A DNA stretch of 64,000 nt from an uncultured Bacteroides sp. (GTDB lineage Bacteria > Bacteroidota > Bacteroidia > Bacteroidales > GCA-2748055), in contig CAZRZY010000008.1 of assembly GCA_964604655.1 (NCBI GenBank), positions 11,087-75,086 of the forward strand, written 5' to 3'. How positions within the stretch are numbered: position 1 is the stretch's first letter; each line of letters opens with the position of its first letter. The translations under genes and the position numbers were made by a program. The notes under the pieces were generated by a model, which worked only from the letters and a program-made list of their open reading frames with translations, did not search any database and was not told the DNA's origin. Positions 30,205 to 38,498 of the stretch are shown one piece after another.

Positions 30205-31206
30205 CTACAATCCGAGTCTTTCCGAAATATCAAGCATTCTAATAATCGATCCACGTGCCTTATTCATCAAATCCTGTTCCAAAGTTATTTCAGGTTGCTC
30301 ATACTTCAAAGTATTATACATCTTTTTAAGAGTGATGAGTTTCATGAACCCGCAATCACTGCATGCACAGGTAGAATCTTTCGGCGGGGCAGGAATGAAC
30401 GTTTTCTGTGGATTAGCCTTTTTCATCTGGTGAAGAATGCCCGATTCCGTTGCTACAATATATGTATCTCCTTTATCTGTTTTAGTGTAATTCAGCAGGG
30501 AGGTGGTAGATCCGACATGATCGGCGATAATTAAGATGGGTTTTTCACATTCCGGATGTGCGATGATCTGGGCATCCGGATGCCGCTTCTTCAGATCAAG
30601 CATCCGCTCCAGACTGAACTCCTCATGGACGTGACATGCACCGTCCCATACGACCATCTCTCTTCCCGTCATTCGCTGGATGTAGTTTCCAAGGTTCCGG
30701 TCAGGTGCAAAAATAATCTTTTCCTCCTTCGGCAAACTGTTTACGATCTCCAAAGCATTGGTGGAGGTACATGCGATATCTGTCATCGCTTTAATCTCTG
30801 CAGTCGTATTCACATAAGAGATGACTGTATGATCCGGATACTTTTTCCGGAACTCGGCGAATTGATCGGGAGGGCATGAATCGGCCAGTGAACATCCCGC
30901 CATCAGGTCGGGAATCAGTACTTTTTTTTCAGGAGCAAGGATCTTGGCTGTTTCAGCCATGAAATGTACTCCTGCGAACAGGATCATCTCCGCATCGGTC
31001 TTCGCAGCCTGCTGAGACAGGCCCAGACTGTCTCCTACAAAATCAGCTATATCCTGAATTTCAGGTTCCTGATAAAAGTGTGCAAGTATAACCACGTTTT
31101 TCTCCTTTCTCATCCGGTGTATCTCCTTTTCCAGGGAAATTTCCGGGTCCACCTGCAGATCGATATACCCTTTCTGATCGATTTTTAACTTATCCACATT
31201 CTCCAT
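30205..31206 (-). CDS. nadA: Quinolinate synthase
   Basis: ILAHFYQ, GDSL, GVHFMAETAK, AGCSLA, GACHVH, AHPEC and C-x-x-M-K motifs. Confidence 0.97.
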   Translation of the reverse strand: MENVDKLKIDQKGYIDLQVDPEISLEKEIHRMRKEKNVVILAHFYQEPEIQDIADFVGDSLGLSQQAAKTDAEMILFAGVHFMAETAKILAPEKKVLIPDLMAGCSLADSCPPDQFAEFRKKYPDHTVISYVNTTAEIKAMTDIACTSTNALEIVNSLPKEEKIIFAPDRNLGNYIQRMTGREMVVWDGACHVHEEFSLERMLDLKKRHPDAQIIAHPECEKPILIIADHVGSTTSLLNYTKTDKGDTYIVATESGILHQMKKANPQKTFIPAPPKDSTCACSDCGFMKLITLKKMYNTLKYEQPEITLEQDLMNKARGSIIRMLDISERLGL

Positions 31207-31290
31207 TATATACTATTATTATTATTTTAAATAATCTTACTCTGTAATGATGATAATAGGCGGTTCATTCTGTTTTAAAAAAAAGGCCAC

Positions 31291-31298
31291 TATCTTTG
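31291..31298 (+). promoter_or_regulatory. -7 element (TATCTTTG) inside oriC, pointing to rpiB
   Basis: Exact TAnnTTTG match. Confidence 0.55.
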
Positions 31299-31433
31299 CA
31301 TATCCGAAAAATCAGATCTTAACCACATACTATTAACAATTTTCCTTATTCTTAAGTTTTGATTATGCGTATGTTAGAGAATTATTTAACAGATGTTTAT
31401 TGTCGTGGGAAAGGAAAAAATCAATCAGTGGTT

Positions 31434-31441
31434 CAAAGATA
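31434..31441 (-). promoter_or_regulatory. -7 element (TATCTTTG) inside oriC, pointing to nadA
   Basis: CAAAGATA on the + strand; abuts DnaA boxes. Confidence 0.6.
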
Positions 31442-31578
31442 ACCACTGTGAATAATCTGTGGAGTAAAATGAATTTTTTTCGAATGGTATTTGACGGATT
31501 CCAAAGGAGGCGATCAGCGGACCGGTTTTCATAATCTATCCACAACAATTCCACAGCAATTTTGTTTAATTTGTGAAA

Positions 31579-32022
31579 ATGAAAAAATCTCTCGTGATCG
31601 CTTCAGACCATGCAGGATACCCGATGAAGCAAAAGATTAGGGAACATCTTTCTTTCAAAGGAATCGAATTTGATGACCTGGGTACAGATTCAGAAACTTC
31701 TTCCGACTATCCGGATTTCGGCCACCCTCTGGCAGAAGCCATAGAAAGCGGGGACTATGAACTGGGTATCTCCATCTGCGGGTCGGGCAACGGGATCAAC
31801 ATGACCACCAATAAGCATCAGGGGATCAGGGGTGCTGTATGCTGGAACGAGGAGATTTCAAGACTGGCAAGAGCACATAACGATGCCAACATATGCTCCA
31901 TACCGGCCCGCTTCGTGGATCAGGAAACAGCCATCAAAATCGTGGAAGCTTTCCTGAAATCCGGGTTCGAAGGAGGAAGGCATATTGCAAGGATCAGAAA
32001 GATTCCCAATAAAAGTGGTTGA
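31579..32022 (+). CDS. rpiB: Ribose-5-phosphate isomerase B
   Basis: ASDHAG, DYPD, ICGSGNG, ARAHNDAN and FEGGRH..RI motifs. Confidence 0.96.
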   Translation: MKKSLVIASDHAGYPMKQKIREHLSFKGIEFDDLGTDSETSSDYPDFGHPLAEAIESGDYELGISICGSGNGINMTTNKHQGIRGAVCWNEEISRLARAHNDANICSIPARFVDQETAIKIVEAFLKSGFEGGRHIARIRKIPNKSG

Positions 32023-32024
32023 CC

Positions 32025-32456
32025 ATGCTATCCAATACCAGTAAATATGCGATCAGGGCAATGATCTACCTGGCCCTCTACGCATCTCCCGAAAGGAAAG
32101 CAGGCATTAAGGAGATCTCTTCCAAACTGGGTATTCCAACCCCATTTCTTGGAAAAATCCTTCAAATGCTGGCAAAGCATCAGGTATTGATCTCAACCAA
32201 AGGTCCGCACGGAGGATTCAGCCTGAGGAAGCAAGCCATGGATATTACCCTGATGGAGATCGTCGAGATCATTGATGGTACCGAGCTTTTCGATACCTGC
32301 GTCATCAGGACCGGATTGTGCGATCCGGAAGCACCCTGCAGCCTTCACCAGAAAATCTCAGGTTTGAGGAAAGAGATGAAAAGTGTTTTTCTGACCGAAA
32401 GCCTGGAAGACCTGGCCAGGGAGTTCCGGGAAGGAAGGGAGCAGATCATGATCTGA
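32025..32456 (+). CDS. Rrf2 family transcriptional regulator (3 Cys, probable Fe-S)
   Basis: YAIRAMIYLA, STKGPHGGF, C-x6-C-x5-C-x2-H. Confidence 0.92.
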   Translation: MLSNTSKYAIRAMIYLALYASPERKAGIKEISSKLGIPTPFLGKILQMLAKHQVLISTKGPHGGFSLRKQAMDITLMEIVEIIDGTELFDTCVIRTGLCDPEAPCSLHQKISGLRKEMKSVFLTESLEDLAREFREGREQIMI

Positions 32457-32838
32457 AGCGGCTGAAGATTCCGGTCAGAATGGTCAGTCGGAATCCGATG
32501 TAGCCAGCCATCAGTCCAAGGAAATTCGCCAAAAGATCGAGCCATTCAGCTGAACGGGTTGCCACAACAGTTGCCTGAAGCACTTCAATAACGGCACTCA
32601 TCACGAAGATGACAGAGATCAACGCCGCATGAAAAGAGATACAGCTGATCTTGCAGCGACTTTCCAGAAAGGCCACCCAGCTGAAGAATGCATACATGCC
32701 AAAATGAACGATCTTGTCCAGGAACCGAATGGCAAACAAAGGTGAATCCGGCATGCTTTGTTCGGGAACAAGACTCAGAAGAGCGATGAATGTCGCTACC
32801 AGAATGGAGAATTTATAGTGACGCACATACTTCCACAT
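32446..32838 (-). CDS. VanZ family membrane protein
   Basis: DKIVHFGMY, IEVLQ, RSAEWLDLLANFLG; start reassigned to ATG 32838. Confidence 0.85.
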   Translation of the reverse strand: MWKYVRHYKFSILVATFIALLSLVPEQSMPDSPLFAIRFLDKIVHFGMYAFFSWVAFLESRCKISCISFHAALISVIFVMSAVIEVLQATVVATRSAEWLDLLANFLGLMAGYIGFRLTILTGIFSRFRS

Positions 32839-32869
32839 AATAATACTCCTATCAACGAACGCCACAAAG

Positions 32870-34033
32870 ATGGGCATTTATATTCATATTCCATTCTGCA
32901 GGCAGGCATGCAGGTATTGTGATTTCTATTTCACGGTAAGTGTGAAATACGTTGACCGTTTTGTACAAAGCCTGATCCGGGAGATCCGCATGGCGGGAGG
33001 TCAAAGGAAGGAGGTTGATTCGTCGGAGCATCCCGGCATGAACACTGCCATTCAAACCATCTACCTGGGAGGGGGCACCCCTTCCGTACTTTCCCCGGGT
33101 CAACTGGAAAGGATTGTGGAGACCGTCAGGGAGGTCTTTCCGGTTCTCCCGGATGCCGAGATCACCCTGGAATGTAATCCGGATGACCTGAATACAGTTT
33201 CATTGAGTCACTGGAGAGCTATAGGATTTAACAGGCTCAGCATAGGAGTGCAGTCTTTTTTCCGGCGGGATCTGGAACTGCTACGCCGGTCCCATGACGA
33301 GAACCAGGCCATAGAAGCAGTTCAACTGGCAAATGATGCAGGGTTCAGCAATCTGAATATGGATCTGATATACGGAATCCCCGGGCAGTCTGTTGAAGAA
33401 TGGCACCATAATCTGGAAACGGCCACGTCTCTTTCGGTCACTCATCTTTCTGCCTACCACCTGACCTTTGAATCAGGAACAGTCTTTGAACACTGGAGAA
33501 AGAAAGGCAGGATTATTCCCGTTCCCGAGAATCATAGTCTGGAGTGTTTCAGATTACTGCGAGAACATTTGTTAAAGGAGGACTTCGAGCATTACGAGAT
33601 CTCCAATTTTGCCAGACCGCAAAGACGATCCAGACACAATATGATATACTGGTCCGGCCTCCCGTATCTGGGTTTCGGGCCGTCTGCACATTCCTTCGAC
33701 GGGACCAGCCGGAGATGGAATATCTCCTCACTTCATTCCTACATGGAAAATATCGGGAAAGGGAAAAGGGTAAGTGAGGGAGAGGAACTGACTGTGGCAG
33801 AGAGGTACCACGATTACCTGATCACCTCTCTCAGGACCAGTCAGGGCGTGAAAACAGGCAGGATCGCAAAGATGTGTGGGTTATCCTGTCTGGATCATTT
33901 TGAAAGGAATGCAGAAACATTCATAGAAAAAGGGATCATGCACCGCAACGGTGACAAGGTCTGGGTCGATCCGGGGCAATGGCTGATCACCGACCATATC
34001 CTTCAGGAGTTATTTCTGGATCAGCCGGATTAA
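32870..34033 (+). CDS. hemW: Radical SAM heme chaperone HemW
   Basis: YIHIPFCRQACRYCDF, YLGGGTPS, RLSIGVQSF, YEISNF..HNMIYW. Confidence 0.92.
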   Translation: MGIYIHIPFCRQACRYCDFYFTVSVKYVDRFVQSLIREIRMAGGQRKEVDSSEHPGMNTAIQTIYLGGGTPSVLSPGQLERIVETVREVFPVLPDAEITLECNPDDLNTVSLSHWRAIGFNRLSIGVQSFFRRDLELLRRSHDENQAIEAVQLANDAGFSNLNMDLIYGIPGQSVEEWHHNLETATSLSVTHLSAYHLTFESGTVFEHWRKKGRIIPVPENHSLECFRLLREHLLKEDFEHYEISNFARPQRRSRHNMIYWSGLPYLGFGPSAHSFDGTSRRWNISSLHSYMENIGKGKRVSEGEELTVAERYHDYLITSLRTSQGVKTGRIAKMCGLSCLDHFERNAETFIEKGIMHRNGDKVWVDPGQWLITDHILQELFLDQPD

Positions 34034-35313
34034 CCGGATACCCGCTCAATCAGCATTTGCAATTTCTCTCGCAATGTCTGGTAGCTGAAGTATTTTTTAC
34101 CCAGTTCAAAGTTATGCATGGCCATCTCCCTTGCCCGTTCGGGATGATCAAGTACATCGGCCATTTGCTGAACCGCTTCCGGTGTCAGTTCTCCATTTTC
34201 GATCATGACTGTCTGAAATCCTTTGCTGCCGATATCATCTAAATATACAGGCCTGTAATTGTTGATAAATACAGGTTTTCTGGACAGAATCGCTTCTACG
34301 AAGGAGTTGCCGAAACCCTCCCTGGTACTGAAATACGTACAGGCGGTGGCTCTGGCATAGGCATCGGATAGGGAGAAAAGGGACGTTCCTTCTTTTCCGG
34401 TCAACCCCCGGGTATGGAACAATGGATGGGCAAATTGCACCTGATCCTTCACTCCCAGGGTGAACGCAAGTTCGACCAGTTCATGGTAATAGGCACTGCC
34501 GGCATCATCCACGTAATCACCTGTGATGACCAGTTTCGCCTTCGGATTATCCAGTTCGTGCAAAAGCCGTATGGCTGTATGAATCCCCTTCTTCCGGATA
34601 ATGGGGGTGACCTGAAACAGAAGCAGGTCGTTCTGATGGAATCCCAGCAGATCGATCAGGCGCTCATTCTCCGCCGTCGGAATTCCGAAAGGACTGCTAA
34701 AATCCATCACGTTGGGAACCACAAAAGAATCCCGGCCATAGCGTTCGTTCAGCATCTTTGCGGAATGCGTATTGATCACTGCATGAATGGAATGAGGGGT
34801 TCTGAGCGGAAAGATGTGATTCACGTAATCATTGATCTCCTTGTGGGGCGATTGGAAGCGGTCACCCCGGTCCCATACAAATTCGTGGTCATGAGTGATG
34901 GCTCGAATTCCTCTCTCGGTGACCAGCCGGCGAATGGCCAGTCCCAATTCCAGGCAGGAGGGGAGCGAAGAAGCATTTTCGGAGATGAGCAGGCTGATCT
35001 GGTGACGATCCATCCATTGACTGATTTTTCCCCCTATGATTCCGGAGTAAAGACTCAAATGTTCGATCAGTTCCTGCGGATCGGCATCCGGAAAGAAAAA
35101 AGCCTTTTTCTGACTCCAGAAACTTTCCGGAGAGAGGGGAGATATTTCGGGGACCAGCGTATCGGTGGAGGGATTCATGGAACCATTCTCGAATTGGCCG
35201 GCGAGAATAAAAACCCGGTGACCCAGAGAGCCAAGCACATCGGCCCATTTAGAAGCTTCAAGGGCCACCCCGTCGACACCGCCGATGCGTCCAATGACCA
35301 TACCGATATTCAT
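34030..35313 (-). CDS. GT4 glycosyltransferase (mannosylglucosylglycerate-synthase-like)
   Basis: GRIGGVDGVALE..KW N-terminus, VPNVMDF, EGFGNSFVEA (E-x7-E). Confidence 0.78.
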   Translation of the reverse strand: MNIGMVIGRIGGVDGVALEASKWADVLGSLGHRVFILAGQFENGSMNPSTDTLVPEISPLSPESFWSQKKAFFFPDADPQELIEHLSLYSGIIGGKISQWMDRHQISLLISENASSLPSCLELGLAIRRLVTERGIRAITHDHEFVWDRGDRFQSPHKEINDYVNHIFPLRTPHSIHAVINTHSAKMLNERYGRDSFVVPNVMDFSSPFGIPTAENERLIDLLGFHQNDLLLFQVTPIIRKKGIHTAIRLLHELDNPKAKLVITGDYVDDAGSAYYHELVELAFTLGVKDQVQFAHPLFHTRGLTGKEGTSLFSLSDAYARATACTYFSTREGFGNSFVEAILSRKPVFINNYRPVYLDDIGSKGFQTVMIENGELTPEAVQQMADVLDHPERAREMAMHNFELGKKYFSYQTLREKLQMLIERVSG

Positions 35314-35318
35314 GCCTG

Positions 35319-36206
35319 CTACTTGAGTACGAACGATGAAGAACCGATCAGTTTTCCACCTGAGTAGAGCTCCACCAGAGTTTCACCCGGAACAATCTCT
35401 CCGTTGTTGTCCCAGAATATGGAAACCGGGAGATCCTGGTTTTCATAATTCACTATTCTGGAAGCCGAGGCGGGAAGCGGTTCACCATTGTAGTCAAACA
35501 TTTCCATCTCGGGAGATCCCAGTACCACTTCATCGGGACGGATTAACCGGAGAAAGATGTTCCTGTCGCCGGAATCGGCCACCGGATTGTCCCTTAAGAT
35601 AAAATCAACCCGTACCTTTTCCGCACTTCTGACTCTGCGGGTATCCTTATCGCGCTTGTTCAGCAAAACCAGGTTGATTTCCGAGGCCTGAAGGGCGGTA
35701 GCCATATCCTTGATCTCTTCTAGTTCCGTTTTATCCTTCTGGAGTTGCTCCTTTTCAGAGCTCAGCCGGCGTTCTGTGTTCCTGAGCTGTTTATTCATGG
35801 CCATCAACTCCTGGTTCTTCATATTCAATGAGTCGATCTGCACGATATAGCTCCGGAGCACCGAACGAAGCGTCTCCATCTCCTTTCTGTACATCCGGAT
35901 CTTATAAGCGTCATCCGCCTGGATCGCAATAAGCCGATCGATCTTTCCCTGCTGCTCTTTCATTTCCTTTTGAATCTCCAGATTGTTGGTCTCAAGGGTA
36001 TCGTAACGGAAATAGATATTCCTGAGCTCCCCTTCCAGAGAGTCTCGCTCTATGCGAAAGAACTCGGTTTTTTCCGCCAGGTCTGCCTCCACCAGCTGCA
36101 GATTCTTCCGGGTATCGATCAGCATGAAAACGGCCACACCGAGAATGACCACCAGCAGTCCGAGGATACCGTAGAGAACACCCGCATTTGTTTTATTATC
36201 TGCCAT
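35319..36206 (-). CDS. Membrane-anchored coiled-coil protein of unknown function
   Basis: One N-terminal TM, long coiled coil (YIVQIDSLN), beta-rich C-terminus; -7 box TATATTTG at 36227-36234 supports ATG 36206. Confidence 0.75.
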   Translation of the reverse strand: MADNKTNAGVLYGILGLLVVILGVAVFMLIDTRKNLQLVEADLAEKTEFFRIERDSLEGELRNIYFRYDTLETNNLEIQKEMKEQQGKIDRLIAIQADDAYKIRMYRKEMETLRSVLRSYIVQIDSLNMKNQELMAMNKQLRNTERRLSSEKEQLQKDKTELEEIKDMATALQASEINLVLLNKRDKDTRRVRSAEKVRVDFILRDNPVADSGDRNIFLRLIRPDEVVLGSPEMEMFDYNGEPLPASASRIVNYENQDLPVSIFWDNNGEIVPGETLVELYSGGKLIGSSSFVLK

Positions 36207-36238
36207 ATTCGATCGGTTAAATTTCACAAATATACATA

Positions 36239-36835
36239 TTACTGTGTATGTACTGTGGATGCCTCTTCAATGGTGACAATGTTATTGACAATCGCATAGA
36301 CGGTCAGTCCTGAAGCCGACTTGATCCCCAGCTTGGCAGTGATATTTTTCCGGTGGGTGGTCACCGTATGAGTGGAAAGGAAAAGCCGGCCGGCGATCTG
36401 TTTATTGGTCATACCCATGGAGATCAGGCGAACGATCGTCTTTTCTCTTTCAGTGAGTTCCGGTTGACTGGACGGATCATTCTCCAGTTCCAGGAAGCTG
36501 CGAATCTTTTCCAGAATCTCTTCTTTCCCTGCCATCAGGGAAAGAGAGGAAGAAAACCGCTTCTCTTCTTCCAGTGATCCGGAGCCAGGAATGTGAAGAA
36601 GCAGTGTCTTTTCAAGCATTTCAGGATGAGCGATGAAAAACTCCCGGCATTCATCATACAGGGTATCGCTGATAACCAGGTTGGGCATACCGTGAGTTTT
36701 GGTATGTTCCAGCAGAGAGGCCGATTCATCAAACTCCCGCGTAACCCGTACACTCTCGATGCGACGCAGTACGGCAGTGATACCCTTTCTCAGCAGGTAG
36801 GACTCCACGGCCACTATGAGGCTGATAAATTTCAT
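36239..36835 (-). CDS. LuxR-family HTH regulator with degenerate receiver domain
   Basis: LTEREKTIVRLISMGMTNKQIAGRLFLSTHTVTTHRKNI. Confidence 0.9.
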   Translation of the reverse strand: MKFISLIVAVESYLLRKGITAVLRRIESVRVTREFDESASLLEHTKTHGMPNLVISDTLYDECREFFIAHPEMLEKTLLLHIPGSGSLEEEKRFSSSLSLMAGKEEILEKIRSFLELENDPSSQPELTEREKTIVRLISMGMTNKQIAGRLFLSTHTVTTHRKNITAKLGIKSASGLTVYAIVNNIVTIEEASTVHTQ

Positions 36836-37566
36836 CCCGCATCGGCACGTGTTAGAAGCAGGTTCTCCAACTCAACAACTCTTGGGATCAGCACTTTATC
36901 TTCCATATCTGCATGATCGACCAGATCCTTAACCATGGTAGACAGATCGTTGAGCACCTGGTGACAGAGCTGAAAATCGTCGCAGGGCGGAAGGTATTTG
37001 ATAATCAGTTTCGACAGGTTCTCCAGGCTGTATTCCAGGCGGTCATGCTCCAGCTCAAACTGCCGGATAGAATAGGATCTCAGCTTATCTATAAACTGTG
37101 CTGAGGGTTTTTCCATGGCCGACTGTTTTTCCAGTTCCAGAATGTAGGGTAAAACGTGTTGCTCCTCCTCTGAAATATGGGTCATGAAATCTTTCTTGTA
37201 ATCATTGAAAAACCCCGAAACCAATTGCAATTCTTTTTCTGAAAGAGTGGATAGCGCCAACATATGGTGGATCTTCTTCTCCACCATAGGAAGAGCAATA
37301 TCGAGATAATAGTGGTGTGTTGCGGTGATGTAACTGACCACTGCACCCAGGGGATACCGGGAGAGTTCTTCTGATGGCACATAGTCCTCGTATAGATATG
37401 CGTTGGCTATTTCCAGGAAGAAATCGGTATTCAGGTGATGGATCTGACATACTTCCTCCACGTTCTTTTCACCGAAACCCAGCTGGAGATTAAACCTGGG
37501 GAAAAGAGTAAGCAGCTGCAGGTTCTGCAGTACTGCCTGACACATAGACATTTTTCGGGTAATCAT
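36832..37566 (-). CDS. Hemerythrin/HHE domain protein (ScdA/Ric-like)
   Basis: LGFGEK.VEEVC N-terminus, THHYY, HISEEE, EH and HADMEDKVLIP di-iron-type motifs. Confidence 0.85.
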   Translation of the reverse strand: MITRKMSMCQAVLQNLQLLTLFPRFNLQLGFGEKNVEEVCQIHHLNTDFFLEIANAYLYEDYVPSEELSRYPLGAVVSYITATHHYYLDIALPMVEKKIHHMLALSTLSEKELQLVSGFFNDYKKDFMTHISEEEQHVLPYILELEKQSAMEKPSAQFIDKLRSYSIRQFELEHDRLEYSLENLSKLIIKYLPPCDDFQLCHQVLNDLSTMVKDLVDHADMEDKVLIPRVVELENLLLTRADAG

Positions 37567-37580
37567 TTTTCGTCGCTTTT

Positions 37581-38498
37581 TTATGGGATATCCGCCTCGG
37601 TGATCCCGAATTTCTCATCTTTCTCCAGGTTTCCCAGCGGTTCTACATGGACCATTACATCGTATATATTCCGCACATTGGACTTGATGCGGTTTTCCAC
37701 CTCCCGGGATATCTGATGTGCCTGTTTGACGGAGAGGTCGGGATCCACCTCTATATCCAGGTTAACCATATAGTAATGGCCGATCTTCCTGGCCCTTACC
37801 CGGTGTGGATTGGAAGCTCCCCTGACCTGTTTCACCGCTTCGAACAAGAGCTGATAGACCCGGGTGTCGTCAATTCCGTCCATCAGGTCAATATTGGTTT
37901 TCATAAAGATCCTGAAAGCTTCCACCATGATAAAGATACTGATCAGCAATGCGAGAATCCGGTCAATGAGGGGCTGATCCAGAATCAGAGTAAAGATCAG
38001 ACTTGCGAGTACGCTGAAGGAGATGAAGATATCGTTGCGCATATTCTTCGCCATGGCCTTGAGCATGGGACTGTCGACCTGTCTGGCTGAGCGGAACAGC
38101 AGCAGGGCAAGAAAGGTCTTTCCCGCAATCGAGATCACGGTGACCCAGACCGCCAGGCTGGAGGGGATCTCTATGCTTGTACCGGCGATCAGCCCGCGGA
38201 TGCTGGAATAGGCCAGCTGTGTTCCAGCGAAGAAAATCAGGAAAGAAAGACCTTTGGTCGTGACCTGGTCCGCCTTTTTGTATCCGTATGGAAAGTGGAT
38301 ATTGGGCGGTTTGGAAATAATCCGGGCTGCGATCAGCACTGCCATAGACGAGGCAATGTCGGTGGCCGAATCTATACCGTCAGCCACCACGGCAAAACTG
38401 CCGGCTACCAACCCCACGGAAATCTTTAAAACAGCCAGTACGGCATTGACCACGATCCCCCACCAAGAACCCCTTATGATCCGCTGTTCCCTTGTCAT
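37581..38498 (-). CDS. Cation diffusion facilitator (FieF/MntE-like)
   Basis: ADGIDSATD (TM2), HFPYGY, NMRND (TM5), C-terminal dimerisation domain ending VHVEP. Confidence 0.92.
   Translation of the reverse strand: MTREQRIIRGSWWGIVVNAVLAVLKISVGLVAGSFAVVADGIDSATDIASSMAVLIAARIISKPPNIHFPYGYKKADQVTTKGLSFLIFFAGTQLAYSSIRGLIAGTSIEIPSSLAVWVTVISIAGKTFLALLLFRSARQVDSPMLKAMAKNMRNDIFISFSVLASLIFTLILDQPLIDRILALLISIFIMVEAFRIFMKTNIDLMDGIDDTRVYQLLFEAVKQVRGASNPHRVRARKIGHYYMVNLDIEVDPDLSVKQAHQISREVENRIKSNVRNIYDVMVHVEPLGNLEKDEKFGITEADIP

Larger units (their letters stand above)
31190..31580. other. Probable chromosomal replication origin (oriC)
   Basis: DnaA boxes TTATCCACA 31190-98 (perfect), TTAACCACA 31319-27, CTATTAACA 31330-38, TGTGAATAA 31447-55 (fits TTWTNCACA), TGTGGAGTA 31458-66, CTATCCACA 31536-44, AATTCCACA 31547-55, TGTGAAAAT 31572-80; AT-rich tract 31204-31258 with trio repeats; largest spacer in the window; apparent skew switch. 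Confidence 0.82.

Noticed and set aside
31363-31554. 63-aa ORF inside the nadA-rpiB spacer
   Set aside because: Runs over the DnaA boxes and has no protein-like features; better explained as origin DNA.
34414-35367. 317-aa + strand ORF opposite the GT4 gene
   Set aside because: Antisense shadow with no recognisable motifs; the minus-strand gene is well supported.
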